The position numbers were made by a program, and so were the translations under genes. The notes under the pieces were generated by a model. That model did not search any database. It had not been told where the DNA came from and worked only from the letters and a program-made list of their open reading frames with translations. Of a DNA stretch of 64,000 bases, positions 27,743 to 36,357 are shown one piece after another (the stretch's first letter is position 1; each line of letters starts with the position of its first letter). The stretch is from a virus. The stretch lies in IMG/VR virus record IMGVR_UViG_3300032286_001864, positions 17,949 through 81,948 of that record. One strand, written 5' to 3'.

Positions 27743-28102
27743 TCAGTCCTCCACGTCAGCGCCGGAACCGATGGCCTCTGCCGAGAGCGCTGCCGTAGGC
27801 GTCCAGCCAGAACGCCAGATGGCTCGGGTCATGGAGAAGAGTTCCGCCTGGCTCAGCGACCAGTTCCTGAGCACTCGGTTCAGCAGGTCGCGCAGGTCGG
27901 CAGAAAGCCGGGAGTCGCGGTAGCGAGTGATCAGCCGGGCGGCGTTGACCAGGTCGAGGTCGGAGGGCTCCCTGGCGAGAAGGAGGCCATCAATCGTCTT
28001 GCGGTCGAGGTGATCGAGCGGGTGGAGCCCGGCAGGGATGCCACGACCGGGGGCATCCGGCAGTCGCGCATAAGAGACAGGGGGCGACCAGGCGGGAGAC
28101 AT
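27743..28102 (-). CDS. DUF3288-like cyanobacterial protein
   Basis: HPLDHLDRKTIDGLL...LVNAARLITRY...VLRNWSLSQAELFSMTRAIW. Confidence 0.75.
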   Translation of the reverse strand: MSPAWSPPVSYARLPDAPGRGIPAGLHPLDHLDRKTIDGLLLAREPSDLDLVNAARLITRYRDSRLSADLRDLLNRVLRNWSLSQAELFSMTRAIWRSGWTPTAALSAEAIGSGADVED

Positions 28103-28150
28103 AGGGCGTACGACCGGTGACGGCCAGATCGTACAGGGTCATGCAACCCC

Positions 28151-28680
28151 TGTCTCGCATCGTGGATACCAAGGCGAAGGGGGCTTAGGGGGCGAAAAAG
28201 TGGCCCAGCGGGGGATTCTCTGAGAAGCCTTGCAGTGACTGGGGCCTTGAGAAGTGGCCCAGGGGGGGCCACCGTGACTCCTACTCTTCCCAGAAAAATC
28301 CTTTCCCCTCTGGGAGTGCCCCCAGACCCAGAGCAAACACTAGCGAGTTGAAGGGTACGCAGGTGAGTCCCGAAACAAGACAAGTGATCGTTGACGCGAG
28401 TTGAGCGCTCCAAGAGGGAGGGGAGGGGTCATGAATTTCTTTTTTCCGCAGAAGAGGGAGTCGCGGTGGGCACGGTGGGCCACTTCCCGAGAAGCCTTGC
28501 TACAACTACAAAACGCTCAACAGGGTGCTGGGCCATTTTGCCGCCCAGATCCGGTAATTCCGGAAGCAAGTCTCATGGGTCTCACCAGTTACGGACCGAT
28601 TCGATAGGGAGAGCTCATTCATCGCACTAGGTGTCTGCTGAGTCTTACAGCAAGAATGAAGGGTCTTGTCTCGCATCGTG
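28151..28680. other. Non-coding repeat-rich region, candidate replication origin
   Basis: Nested inverted TGGCCCA/TGGGCCA boxes, GAGAAGCCTTGC twice, TGTCTCGCATCGTG direct repeats at both ends; near the primase-helicase. Confidence 0.5.
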
Positions 28681-28778
28681 TCCAATGAGTCTCACCGCAT
28701 GCGACACGAAGACCCGAATCAGGTGGCGTGCCGCCAGGCGCCGGTAGCCTGGGCTCGCATTGCTACCCCTTGCGTGCC

Positions 28779-29009
28779 ATGTCTGACCAGTTGGCCCTGA
28801 CTGTCGTGCAGCAGTTCGAGGTCGAGCGGATGGGCCGGGTGATCGATGCGACCAGCGACATCGAGGCACTGCGAAAACTCAGCAAGCAACTGGTGCAGGC
28901 TTGGCACTGCCAGAAAGCGGCGACTCGCTGGGTGATGGGCCATGTCACCGGGCCGCCGATCCCTGGCCCCGATCCGTCGAGCTTCGGGGATCCTGAAGTG
29001 CTCAGCTGA
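28779..29009 (+). CDS. nblA: NblA-like protein (picocyanobacterial/cyanophage type)
   Basis: LTVVQQFEVERMGRVIDATSDIEALRKLSKQLVQAWHCQKAATRWVM; own TAGCCT box at 28745. Confidence 0.72.
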   Translation: MSDQLALTVVQQFEVERMGRVIDATSDIEALRKLSKQLVQAWHCQKAATRWVMGHVTGPPIPGPDPSSFGDPEVLS

Positions 29010-29011
29010 GA

Positions 29012-31612
29012 TCAGGAGCCCCAGTCGGAGGGGAAGTCCCCGTCGGTGGTGCCCTTCTTGGGGGGATTGGCTAGAAACCAGATCCGCAGCCTGGTGCCGT
29101 ACCTCCGGATCCGCGTGCTGGTGTAGCCGAGGCGCTTGAGCTCGTCGGTCACGCCGGTGCTGAGCCCCGGGCGAGGGTCGATCGGGAGATCGAGCCATTT
29201 GTAGATGTCATCGAGCCTGTAGGCAGGCTGGTCCTCGTGCATGAACGAATGGTTGCGAGACAGCACGTTCTGAAGCGCACCCGTCAACGGGCTGTCGACC
29301 GTGTGGTTGTTCAGGTAGTCGTCAATGAAGCTGATTTCGTAGGAGGAGAACTCGTAGACGGGCTCATCGAGGTAGCCCTGCAGGGCAGCAGCCCAGATCC
29401 GCATGCGATCAATCTTGACCCGGTCCAGGTCGATGATCCGCACGGCGGGGTCCTGGGGACTGGGTGCTACGCCATGCACGGTGATCGGCATGAAGCGGCG
29501 GTTGCCGGACGGATCGACCAGGAAGTCACTGCTGTTGGTGCAGCCGACCAGCACGAAGGACCGGCGGAATGTCCGCTCGTTCTCGTAGAGGCGCCTGGAG
29601 CGGTCAACCGAGACGGTGACTAGGTTCTTGAACTCTTCTGTGTACTGGCGACGGAAGAAGCGCTCGACCTCATCAAGGTTGATGATCCAGCCGGCATGCA
29701 GGGCGTGCGGCTTCTCCTTGAGGTACGCGATCCCTTGCTGGATCGTTGGGCACCAGGCGTAGTCGTTGCTCAGCGGGTTGGGCGGAGTCAGGTATTGGAA
29801 GAAATTCGTTTTGCCGACGTTCTGCGGACCGATCAGGATCGGCATCCAGCCCATTGAGCAGCCTGGCTCCTTGGCCCTGGCTACGGCAGCGATCAGGAAG
29901 CGGCGCAGGATCAGATCAGCGAGCAGGCGCCCGCAGGGCATGCGCGGATTCTCTGGCCCTTCCTCGGCGACCCCAAGCAAGGTCGAGGCAAGGGTATCGA
30001 AGTACTCGATCGGCTCGTACTTGGAGCAGTCGTCGAGGAAGCGGTGAACTGGGTTGTAGCCGTTTCGTTGAGCGGAGAGGTGAATGGCGTCGTACACATG
30101 CGTCTTAGCGAAGGGCTTGTCTTCTGTTTCGGAGATCAGCAGATAAGCCTTGTCGGCGTCATCGATCAGCTTGGGCTCGTCCATGGGGCCGCACTCGAGC
30201 TGCATCGTGAGTTGGTTGAGCCGCAGCCCGGGGTAGAGGGCCTTGACCTTGGCGCGGATCCTGGACACTTCGCTGCCAGCGGGACCAGCTCCTTTGGCCG
30301 GCCGACCGCGCTTCTTCTTGCCCGGCGGCTCAGGGGGCAATGAAGCGTCGCCTGTGGGCATGGGAATCAGGAGGTCGTCTGGACTGCCCATGAACTCGGG
30401 ATCGGCTTCGTCGACACCTGGAACCGCTACTGCCAGCAGAGCCGCAATGTGAGCCGGCATCTTGGGCATGTCGTCATGGACGTCAGCCGGCTCGGAAGGG
30501 GCCTCTACTGAGGATGTCTCAGAGTGAGACTCATCTACCGTTACTGGGATTCCAGCAACGGAATGTCCCGTCTCAAGCTGAGGGCTTTGAGCCGCCTGGG
30601 CCGCAGCCCATTCGAGGATGGAAGGGGTGCGGAGCTTGCCGGCCTTAGGCAGGTCGTACTCCGGATCGCTGTGGCCGAGGAAGTCCTCGTGCCGGTAGCC
30701 AGGGGGCAGCTTGGAGTCGTAGTTCCCTGAGGAACGCAGATCGTCAGGCAGGGAGTCGCGCCAGTCGGGGTCCCGCTCAGAGGCCAGGAAAAACAGGGTA
30801 CCCAGCGAGGAGCGACCAGAAAAACCGCGGAAGAATCTCTCACTGGCCTGCCGGCTGTTCTTGCCGCTGCCGTGGTGCCCTCGAATCGCCCAGTCCGACC
30901 AGGCGGGAAAGAGGGGATCGCCGGCCGAGGCTGCCGCTGCCGTGATTCGCACGAAGAGATCGCGCTCTCCGTCCGCGGTGGGGTCAAGGACGTTTTCAAG
31001 GACGTAGATCGCTTGGCCGATCGAGGTCTCGTCGTATTCGTCTGAGCGTTCCTCAAAGCTCGAGCGCTGGCTCAAGGCTTCCTTGCGAGCATCGGCGATG
31101 AAGCTCTTGGGCAGGCAGGCGCCCGACTTGCCGGACCAGTCCTGGCAGTTGCTGTTGCCGTAGTAGAGGCGGCAAGGGTCACTGCAGTTCTTGTCGCCGC
31201 CAAGGGCGCGGATCAAGGCAGTGGTAACGGCTTTGTAAAGGCCAGGGTCTGCGATCCGCTCCGGCAGGCGAAAGATGACCCGGAAGCGATGCTTGCCGGG
31301 TTCGTCCTGGTGGCTGCAGCTGGTGTAGGTCAAGCAGGCGTGCTTGGCCAGCGGATGGGCGCGGAAGTCATCAAGGTCGAGGCCGTGATCGATGTCGACA
31401 ACGGCCAGGTCGGCATGGAGGAAAGCGGATGAGCTCCGGTGAGAGGAGCTCATCGCTGCGGCGATGAAGGCATACCCCAGGTGGATCGTCTCCCGCAGGC
31501 CGTCAAGGTCAGTCTCGACGGACTGCCAGTTGTCGGCGAACTCGTCCCTCCAGGCGGAGGGCTTGTTGCGGATGCGGGTATTGAGTGAAACCGCCAGGGT
31601 TTGTGTGCTCAT
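29012..31612 (-). CDS. Primase-helicase (AEP-like N-domain, PriCT-like region, VapE/VirE ATPase)
   Basis: AVVDIDH, YTSCSH, RFRVIF, GDKNCSDPCRLYYG; Walker A GPQNVGKT, Walker B INLDE, GCTN, DPSGNRRF. Confidence 0.88.
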   Translation of the reverse strand: MSTQTLAVSLNTRIRNKPSAWRDEFADNWQSVETDLDGLRETIHLGYAFIAAAMSSSHRSSSAFLHADLAVVDIDHGLDLDDFRAHPLAKHACLTYTSCSHQDEPGKHRFRVIFRLPERIADPGLYKAVTTALIRALGGDKNCSDPCRLYYGNSNCQDWSGKSGACLPKSFIADARKEALSQRSSFEERSDEYDETSIGQAIYVLENVLDPTADGERDLFVRITAAAASAGDPLFPAWSDWAIRGHHGSGKNSRQASERFFRGFSGRSSLGTLFFLASERDPDWRDSLPDDLRSSGNYDSKLPPGYRHEDFLGHSDPEYDLPKAGKLRTPSILEWAAAQAAQSPQLETGHSVAGIPVTVDESHSETSSVEAPSEPADVHDDMPKMPAHIAALLAVAVPGVDEADPEFMGSPDDLLIPMPTGDASLPPEPPGKKKRGRPAKGAGPAGSEVSRIRAKVKALYPGLRLNQLTMQLECGPMDEPKLIDDADKAYLLISETEDKPFAKTHVYDAIHLSAQRNGYNPVHRFLDDCSKYEPIEYFDTLASTLLGVAEEGPENPRMPCGRLLADLILRRFLIAAVARAKEPGCSMGWMPILIGPQNVGKTNFFQYLTPPNPLSNDYAWCPTIQQGIAYLKEKPHALHAGWIINLDEVERFFRRQYTEEFKNLVTVSVDRSRRLYENERTFRRSFVLVGCTNSSDFLVDPSGNRRFMPITVHGVAPSPQDPAVRIIDLDRVKIDRMRIWAAALQGYLDEPVYEFSSYEISFIDDYLNNHTVDSPLTGALQNVLSRNHSFMHEDQPAYRLDDIYKWLDLPIDPRPGLSTGVTDELKRLGYTSTRIRRYGTRLRIWFLANPPKKGTTDGDFPSDWGS

Positions 31613-32142
31613 CAGGCCTTCTTCTGGTTGCCAGCGGACGTGGTCAGGGGCCCGGAGGGCGCGGTTCCCTGGGGAACGGTTCTCCGGTAGTCGGTCGGCG
31701 TGATCGCCAGATCGAAGGGAACGCCGCGGTCAAGCCGTGAGCGGAGCGTGATCTCGTTCACGCCCATGTGCTGGGCCCAGTCGTGGAGGGTGCGAGCTTC
31801 TCCGTTGAGCTCAAAGACACGGGCGACGCGCCCGGGACGGCGAGGCCCGGAGATCTGGGCCCAGACGAAGTTGCCCGGGCCGCAGGGCGACTCGGGATCT
31901 GGGCAGAGGGGGCGATGGTCCTCTGGGCAGGGGCCAACGTCATCGAGGAAGGCATCGAAGGAACGGATCCAACGGAGGTCGACAGCGGGGATGGTTTTGC
32001 GGGAGTTGGGACTGCGGAGAGGGGGACGGTTCTGGATGCGTAGCCAGGCCTTGTGGGTCCGGCGGATCTCCGGAGGGGAGTCCTTGCCAGATGGCTTGAG
32101 GATTGAGCGCTTGCGGAGCTGAGGAAATGCCTTGGTTGTCAT
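31612..32142 (-). CDS. Degenerate HNH homing-endonuclease-like protein with C-terminal HTH
   Basis: RWIRSFDAFLDDVGPCP..GPGNFVWA and NGEARTLHDWA..GVNEITLRSRL; the DRIDN motif is replaced. Confidence 0.65.
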   Translation of the reverse strand: MTTKAFPQLRKRSILKPSGKDSPPEIRRTHKAWLRIQNRPPLRSPNSRKTIPAVDLRWIRSFDAFLDDVGPCPEDHRPLCPDPESPCGPGNFVWAQISGPRRPGRVARVFELNGEARTLHDWAQHMGVNEITLRSRLDRGVPFDLAITPTDYRRTVPQGTAPSGPLTTSAGNQKKA

Positions 32143-32332
32143 GCGTTGTGATTGCTGTGGCAAGCGGCACAGTGCCTCAGGTGTGCCGGGCGCGCAAGCC
32201 CTGGCGACACACAAAGCCGCAAGCTGGTGCACGCACAATCTCAGGAAATGCAAAGGACTGTTAAATGCAGCAGATGTGAGGGAAGTTTTCTGTAGGAGTG
32301 GGCAAGCAATGTTAAATGTGTTGGTACAATCC

Positions 32333-32986
32333 ATGGCACCGATGAGAACCGCTTTGGAATCCGCAGGCAAGACCGCACCGCCAGAAGCGGTGACAGCCGC
32401 AGAAGCTGCGCAGACTCAGCGCTTTGCCCAGGCGCTCCGGCAAGCGATGGTTCGCAACCGGCTGAGTGAACGCAGGCTAGCGACCGAGCTGGGTATCACG
32501 ATCGGCACGACCCAGAAGTACTTCCGCTTCCGTGTGCAGCCGCTCAAGGTGGCAACAGGCATCAACCGCCAGCTGGCCCGCTTGCTGGGGATCACGCTGG
32601 ACGCCCTGGTGAGCTTTTACGAAACCGGAGAGTTTCGTAATGCCTTGAGCTTCGACGAAGTGGCCTCCTGGCTGCGCTCAGATGCCGGCATCGAGCATCT
32701 GGCGCCGGTCCTTGAGGCGATGAGCGATCTGAGCAAGAAGGCCACCAGCTGCGGTGGCGCGCCCGAGCTGCCGCCAGCGCGTTATACCTGGCCCTTAGAA
32801 GAGTTGGAGCAGGCCAAGGTATCGCCGGCCCTGCGGCAACGCATGGGCTTAACAGAGGGAGCACTGGAAGCTCTAGCAACGGAAGGGGTATTTACGGACG
32901 AGCTCGTTGAGGCCTTCAGCATTGCGGTCAATCTGGATGAAGGGGCTGTCCGCGAAGCATTCGCGGCACGCACCGCTGTGTTATGA
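32333..32986 (+). CDS. XRE-family HTH repressor (CI-like)
   Basis: FAQALRQAMVRNRLSERRLATELGITIGTTQKY...QLARLLGITLDALV; divergent from the replication arm; TACAAT at 32325; start 32333 or 32342. Confidence 0.75.
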   Translation: MAPMRTALESAGKTAPPEAVTAAEAAQTQRFAQALRQAMVRNRLSERRLATELGITIGTTQKYFRFRVQPLKVATGINRQLARLLGITLDALVSFYETGEFRNALSFDEVASWLRSDAGIEHLAPVLEAMSDLSKKATSCGGAPELPPARYTWPLEELEQAKVSPALRQRMGLTEGALEALATEGVFTDELVEAFSIAVNLDEGAVREAFAARTAVL

Positions 32987-33048
32987 GCTGGGCTCCAGCG
33001 TGGTACGCTCACATCGGTCGGAAACGAGGCCGACCAACAGAGAGGACG

Positions 33049-33078
33049 GGCGAACCCCTGAGAAGGTTCGCCTTTTTT
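33049..33078 (+). terminator. Rho-independent terminator
   Basis: GGCGAACC/GGTTCGCC stem followed by T6. Confidence 0.8.
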
Positions 33079-33123
33079 GTGCCCGGATGACCATCGCTAG
33101 ACTCAGCTGAAGGTCTGACTGCT

Positions 33124-33513
33124 GTGATGTTCAGGCGTTCAGTTGCTGAGGTGCTGTCGCGGGGGACCGCCGAGACGCTCGGGGATGCCATCCGCAGTGG
33201 CGTGATGACGGACATCGAGGGTTACCCGATGTTCTTCCGTGATGCGCCGAGCGAGGATGCGCAGCGGCGGATCACCAAGAAGTTGGGGCATCCGGAGGGG
33301 AGGACGTTCACGGCCGAGGAGCTCGAGGCGATCGCCAGAGGAGCCGGGGTGAATGGGGAGATCAACGATGAGCTGCTCAAGGCGATGCAAGCCCTGTACG
33401 ACAACCACGACCCACGGCGGATGGCAGGGGCCGCGTTGCTGGGGGCCCTGGGCGCCGGCACTGGGATTGCGCTGCTGACGCCGGGCAAGGAGGAGCGGGG
33501 GTCCCATGCCTGA
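33124..33513 (+). CDS. Hypothetical protein with RMAG motif and C-terminal hydrophobic helix
   Basis: PRRMAGAALLGALGAGTGIALL. Confidence 0.7.
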   Translation: MMFRRSVAEVLSRGTAETLGDAIRSGVMTDIEGYPMFFRDAPSEDAQRRITKKLGHPEGRTFTAEELEAIARGAGVNGEINDELLKAMQALYDNHDPRRMAGAALLGALGAGTGIALLTPGKEERGSHA

Positions 33514-34783
33514 TTACTCGGCCGGTTGGATCACAGTTCCGGGCAAGGGGCGCAGGTGGCGTACTAGCAAAGGCGAGTACATGGCGCAGCGCCCGGCAGG
33601 TGACGCGCCTGGGGTGATGGGCGCGATTCAAGGGGCTTGGGCCGGGGCGGATAGGGCCGTGGGCGGCTGGCTGCCCGGGGGCGGCGTAGCAAACCCCGCA
33701 AGCGGGGCGGTTCGAGGTGTCTCGAAAGCGGCCCTAGGGGGCGGTGTCCTTGCCTCGATGCCTCGTCTAGCCGTGGGTGACGCAGCGGGAATCGGGGGCT
33801 ACTTTGGCATTGCGGCAGCGGCAGGTGCCCTTACCCCTGTGCTCCAGAAGATCGCGGGGAGCGGAGGCCGGCCCTCGGTAGGAGTGCTGGGCCAACAAAT
33901 GAAAGTACTGAATAGTGCGCACAAGTATCTGGGCGAGATGGGATCGGGCGTTAATCAGGGCGCGATGATCGAAGACGCAACCCGTGACGCAAAGGGGCTG
34001 GAGCCTGCTCCTCGCCCCGCCAAGGGCAAGATGATTGACTTCAGTACGGATGGCTCGCCTATCGGACCGGCCTACCAGCCAGTGGGGTCTGCTTACCTAA
34101 AAGGAAAGGTTGCAATAAATCAAGACACGCCGGCCTGGGTGCTCGCTCACGAGTTTGGCCATGCAGCTGATCACGTCAAAAGACCCGGCTCGTTCACGTC
34201 GACTGACCAATTGCAGAATATGCCAAGATCACAGCAAGAGGGATACGTGAACAGCGCAAGGTCAAGGATGACCGGCGCGAGCGCAGGAGTTGGGACTTTG
34301 TTTGCCCGTCCCGGTGATGGGAACCGCAGCGTGCTGGAAGCCGGCGTCCAAGGAGCTCTCTTGGGCCTTGCATCCAATTGGGACACCCTGGCCAAGGAAG
34401 CAAGGGCGGACATCCATGGGATGAGGATTGCCAGGAATGCAGGCGTACCCTGGAACACGAAACAGAACCTTGCCGCCAAAGGCTCGTACGTGCTGGGCAC
34501 AGCGGGTCCCGGCTTCATCCAAGGCGCCGCCGGAGAGGTAATTTCGAGGGGGGTGGATCAAGCGTCAAAGGTGTTGAAAGATGCCGTCGTCGATCCAGCG
34601 TTGCGCAACGTTCGTGGCGGCGATAGCCCCGCGGAACAGAGCTTGCGTAAGTACGGATACAACCCCGAGCAGTATGCGCTGGGCGCCCCCTCTGACCAAG
34701 GGGAGTCTTTTGGCCGGGGGGACCTCGGGGTAAGGAAGCGCCATCCGATTGGCTCAGCGGTGATGCGAGGGTGGGCGAAATGA
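33506..34783 (+). CDS. Gly/Ala-rich HExGH zinc metallopeptidase-domain protein
   Basis: VLAHEFGH...KEARADIHG...AKGSY. Confidence 0.7.
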   Translation: MPDYSAGWITVPGKGRRWRTSKGEYMAQRPAGDAPGVMGAIQGAWAGADRAVGGWLPGGGVANPASGAVRGVSKAALGGGVLASMPRLAVGDAAGIGGYFGIAAAAGALTPVLQKIAGSGGRPSVGVLGQQMKVLNSAHKYLGEMGSGVNQGAMIEDATRDAKGLEPAPRPAKGKMIDFSTDGSPIGPAYQPVGSAYLKGKVAINQDTPAWVLAHEFGHAADHVKRPGSFTSTDQLQNMPRSQQEGYVNSARSRMTGASAGVGTLFARPGDGNRSVLEAGVQGALLGLASNWDTLAKEARADIHGMRIARNAGVPWNTKQNLAAKGSYVLGTAGPGFIQGAAGEVISRGVDQASKVLKDAVVDPALRNVRGGDSPAEQSLRKYGYNPEQYALGAPSDQGESFGRGDLGVRKRHPIGSAVMRGWAK

Positions 34784-35139
34784 GCGGCATGCGAATGGCT
34801 GGTGCTGCGTTTGGAGCAGGGGCCGCGCTCGGGGCTGGAGGCCTTGCCCTGGCCCAGCACCTGATTGAGCAGGGCACGCCGACCTACGCGCGCGAGATGT
34901 CGCAAGAGGAGCATGCAAAGAACAACCTGGGCGGCCTCCGGCAGCGCCAGGGTGACATGTCGGTGAAGGACCTGGCCCTCTACGAAGGGATCCGCCAAGG
35001 GCTGATGTCCGGTGAGGTCAGCGGCGAGGAGGTGTACGGGCTCGTGAAGGGCGGGAAGCTGCCGGCGCGGGTCGTCTCCTTGCTGGGTGATGTGATCGAC
35101 CTGGGCGCGTATATGCCGCCTCCAACTCCAGGAGCCTGA
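34780..35139 (+). CDS. Hypothetical protein, N-terminal RMAG plus glycine zipper
   Basis: MSGMRMAGAAFGAGAALGAGGLALA. Confidence 0.7.
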   Translation: MSGMRMAGAAFGAGAALGAGGLALAQHLIEQGTPTYAREMSQEEHAKNNLGGLRQRQGDMSVKDLALYEGIRQGLMSGEVSGEEVYGLVKGGKLPARVVSLLGDVIDLGAYMPPPTPGA

Positions 35140-35141
35140 CC

Positions 35142-35270
35142 ATGGCCATCCGCAAAGCCGGAGACAAGCTTGCCGCCGCCTGCTGGAAGGGCTACGAAGC
35201 CATCGGCACGAAGATCAAGGACGGCCGCCAGGTGCCGAATTGCGTGCCAGTGAAGAAGGGGCGCCGCTGA
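35142..35270 (+). CDS. 42-aa protein with CWKGY...VPNCVP motif
   Basis: MAIRKAGDKLAAACWKGYEAIGTKIKDGRQVPNCVPVKKGRR; the motif recalls cyanophage proteins; below the ORF cutoff. Confidence 0.75.
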   Translation: MAIRKAGDKLAAACWKGYEAIGTKIKDGRQVPNCVPVKKGRR

Positions 35271-35336
35271 TGGCCAGTATTCGCGAAAGAAGCACAGGTA
35301 CAGCAGCCGTAGAATCACCATGACGCTCTAGCTGCC

Positions 35337-35786
35337 ATGACACCTGCCCCGTACGCAAGAACTGCTTCGCAGTACATGAGTGCTCCAAGTGCGTCTCTTG
35401 CTGAAGCGTTGCTTGCCAGCTACTTGGAAAAAGCTAAACAGGTTGCCGCCAATAACCCCAAAGCTCGGTTTGGTTACTACGACGAGAACGGGGTTCCTCA
35501 GTACAGCTCGAACCCTGAGTATGCGGGCTTGAATTGGCGGAATCAAACAGCAGAGGGAGGGCCTGACGTGGAAGGGAATTTGTACGACCCGAATCATCCT
35601 TCATTGCCGATGATGTGGAGTAGCGATGCACCTAGCGTGATGCGCAGAAACTTGCTGGGGATGCAGGCCACAGAAGAGTGGGATGGAGCAAGACACCTTG
35701 GAGCTGGACAGAGCAGCCTGCCCGCCCAGCGGGAACTAGAGCTTGCTTATCTTCGGCCCCTGGCTGCGGACGATTTGCCGTACTAA
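35337..35786 (+). CDS. Hypothetical protein
   Basis: ATG about 22 nt after TAGAAT; coupled to the next gene by TAATG. Confidence 0.6.
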   Translation: MTPAPYARTASQYMSAPSASLAEALLASYLEKAKQVAANNPKARFGYYDENGVPQYSSNPEYAGLNWRNQTAEGGPDVEGNLYDPNHPSLPMMWSSDAPSVMRRNLLGMQATEEWDGARHLGAGQSSLPAQRELELAYLRPLAADDLPY

Positions 35787-36070
35787 TGGCCAGCATCCGT
35801 TACGCCGGCGAAATCTTTCAGGGCTACAACCAGCCCAAGCGAACGCCTGGCGAAAACAAGAAGTTCGCCGTGCTGGTCAAGGACAACGACGGTGATCAGA
35901 AGATCGTGCGCTTTGGGGATCCATCGATGGAGAACTACCGCAATGGCCCGCACGGCAGGGGCGGCCATGGCGATGAGGATCGTAGGGTGAATTTCAAGGC
36001 CCGCCACAACTGCAGCGAGAAGAACGACAAGACCACACCGGGGTACTGGAGTTACCACTGGAGCTGGTGA
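35786..36070 (+). CDS. DUF5754-like small viral protein
   Basis: KKFAVLVK...KIVRFGDPSM...HGDEDRRVNFKARH...TPGYWS..W; starts MASIRYAGE. Confidence 0.7.
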   Translation: MASIRYAGEIFQGYNQPKRTPGENKKFAVLVKDNDGDQKIVRFGDPSMENYRNGPHGRGGHGDEDRRVNFKARHNCSEKNDKTTPGYWSYHWSW

Positions 36071-36075
36071 GATTC

Positions 36076-36357
36076 ATGGAGAACCGCATGGCCGGCGAAA
36101 AACTGGCACTGCTGATTGCCAGGAAGTACGCGGAGGGCGACCACTTGGTCGACGGTGGACCCGATGTCGGACTGTTCTGGGCAAGCAACATCCAGGACCC
36201 GTCGACTTTGCCCGTGCTTTCGATACAACACGCGCGAGACGTGCTGGCCGCTCGAGGGACAGAACAGAGAGGTCGTATTCACTTCACCGATTATGCCCTG
36301 CAAGGCTCAAGTGATCGATGGTCGCCGCAAGTCGGCAGCTGGCCGGAGGCAGCATGA
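36076..36357 (+). CDS. Hypothetical protein, N-terminal RMAG
   Basis: MENRMAGEKLALL. Confidence 0.6.
   Translation: MENRMAGEKLALLIARKYAEGDHLVDGGPDVGLFWASNIQDPSTLPVLSIQHARDVLAARGTEQRGRIHFTDYALQGSSDRWSPQVGSWPEAA

Noticed and set aside
32987-33048. Riboswitch or hammerhead after the repressor gene
   Set aside because: Two small hairpins are present, but I could not match the conserved cores of hammerhead, glnA or other known motifs.
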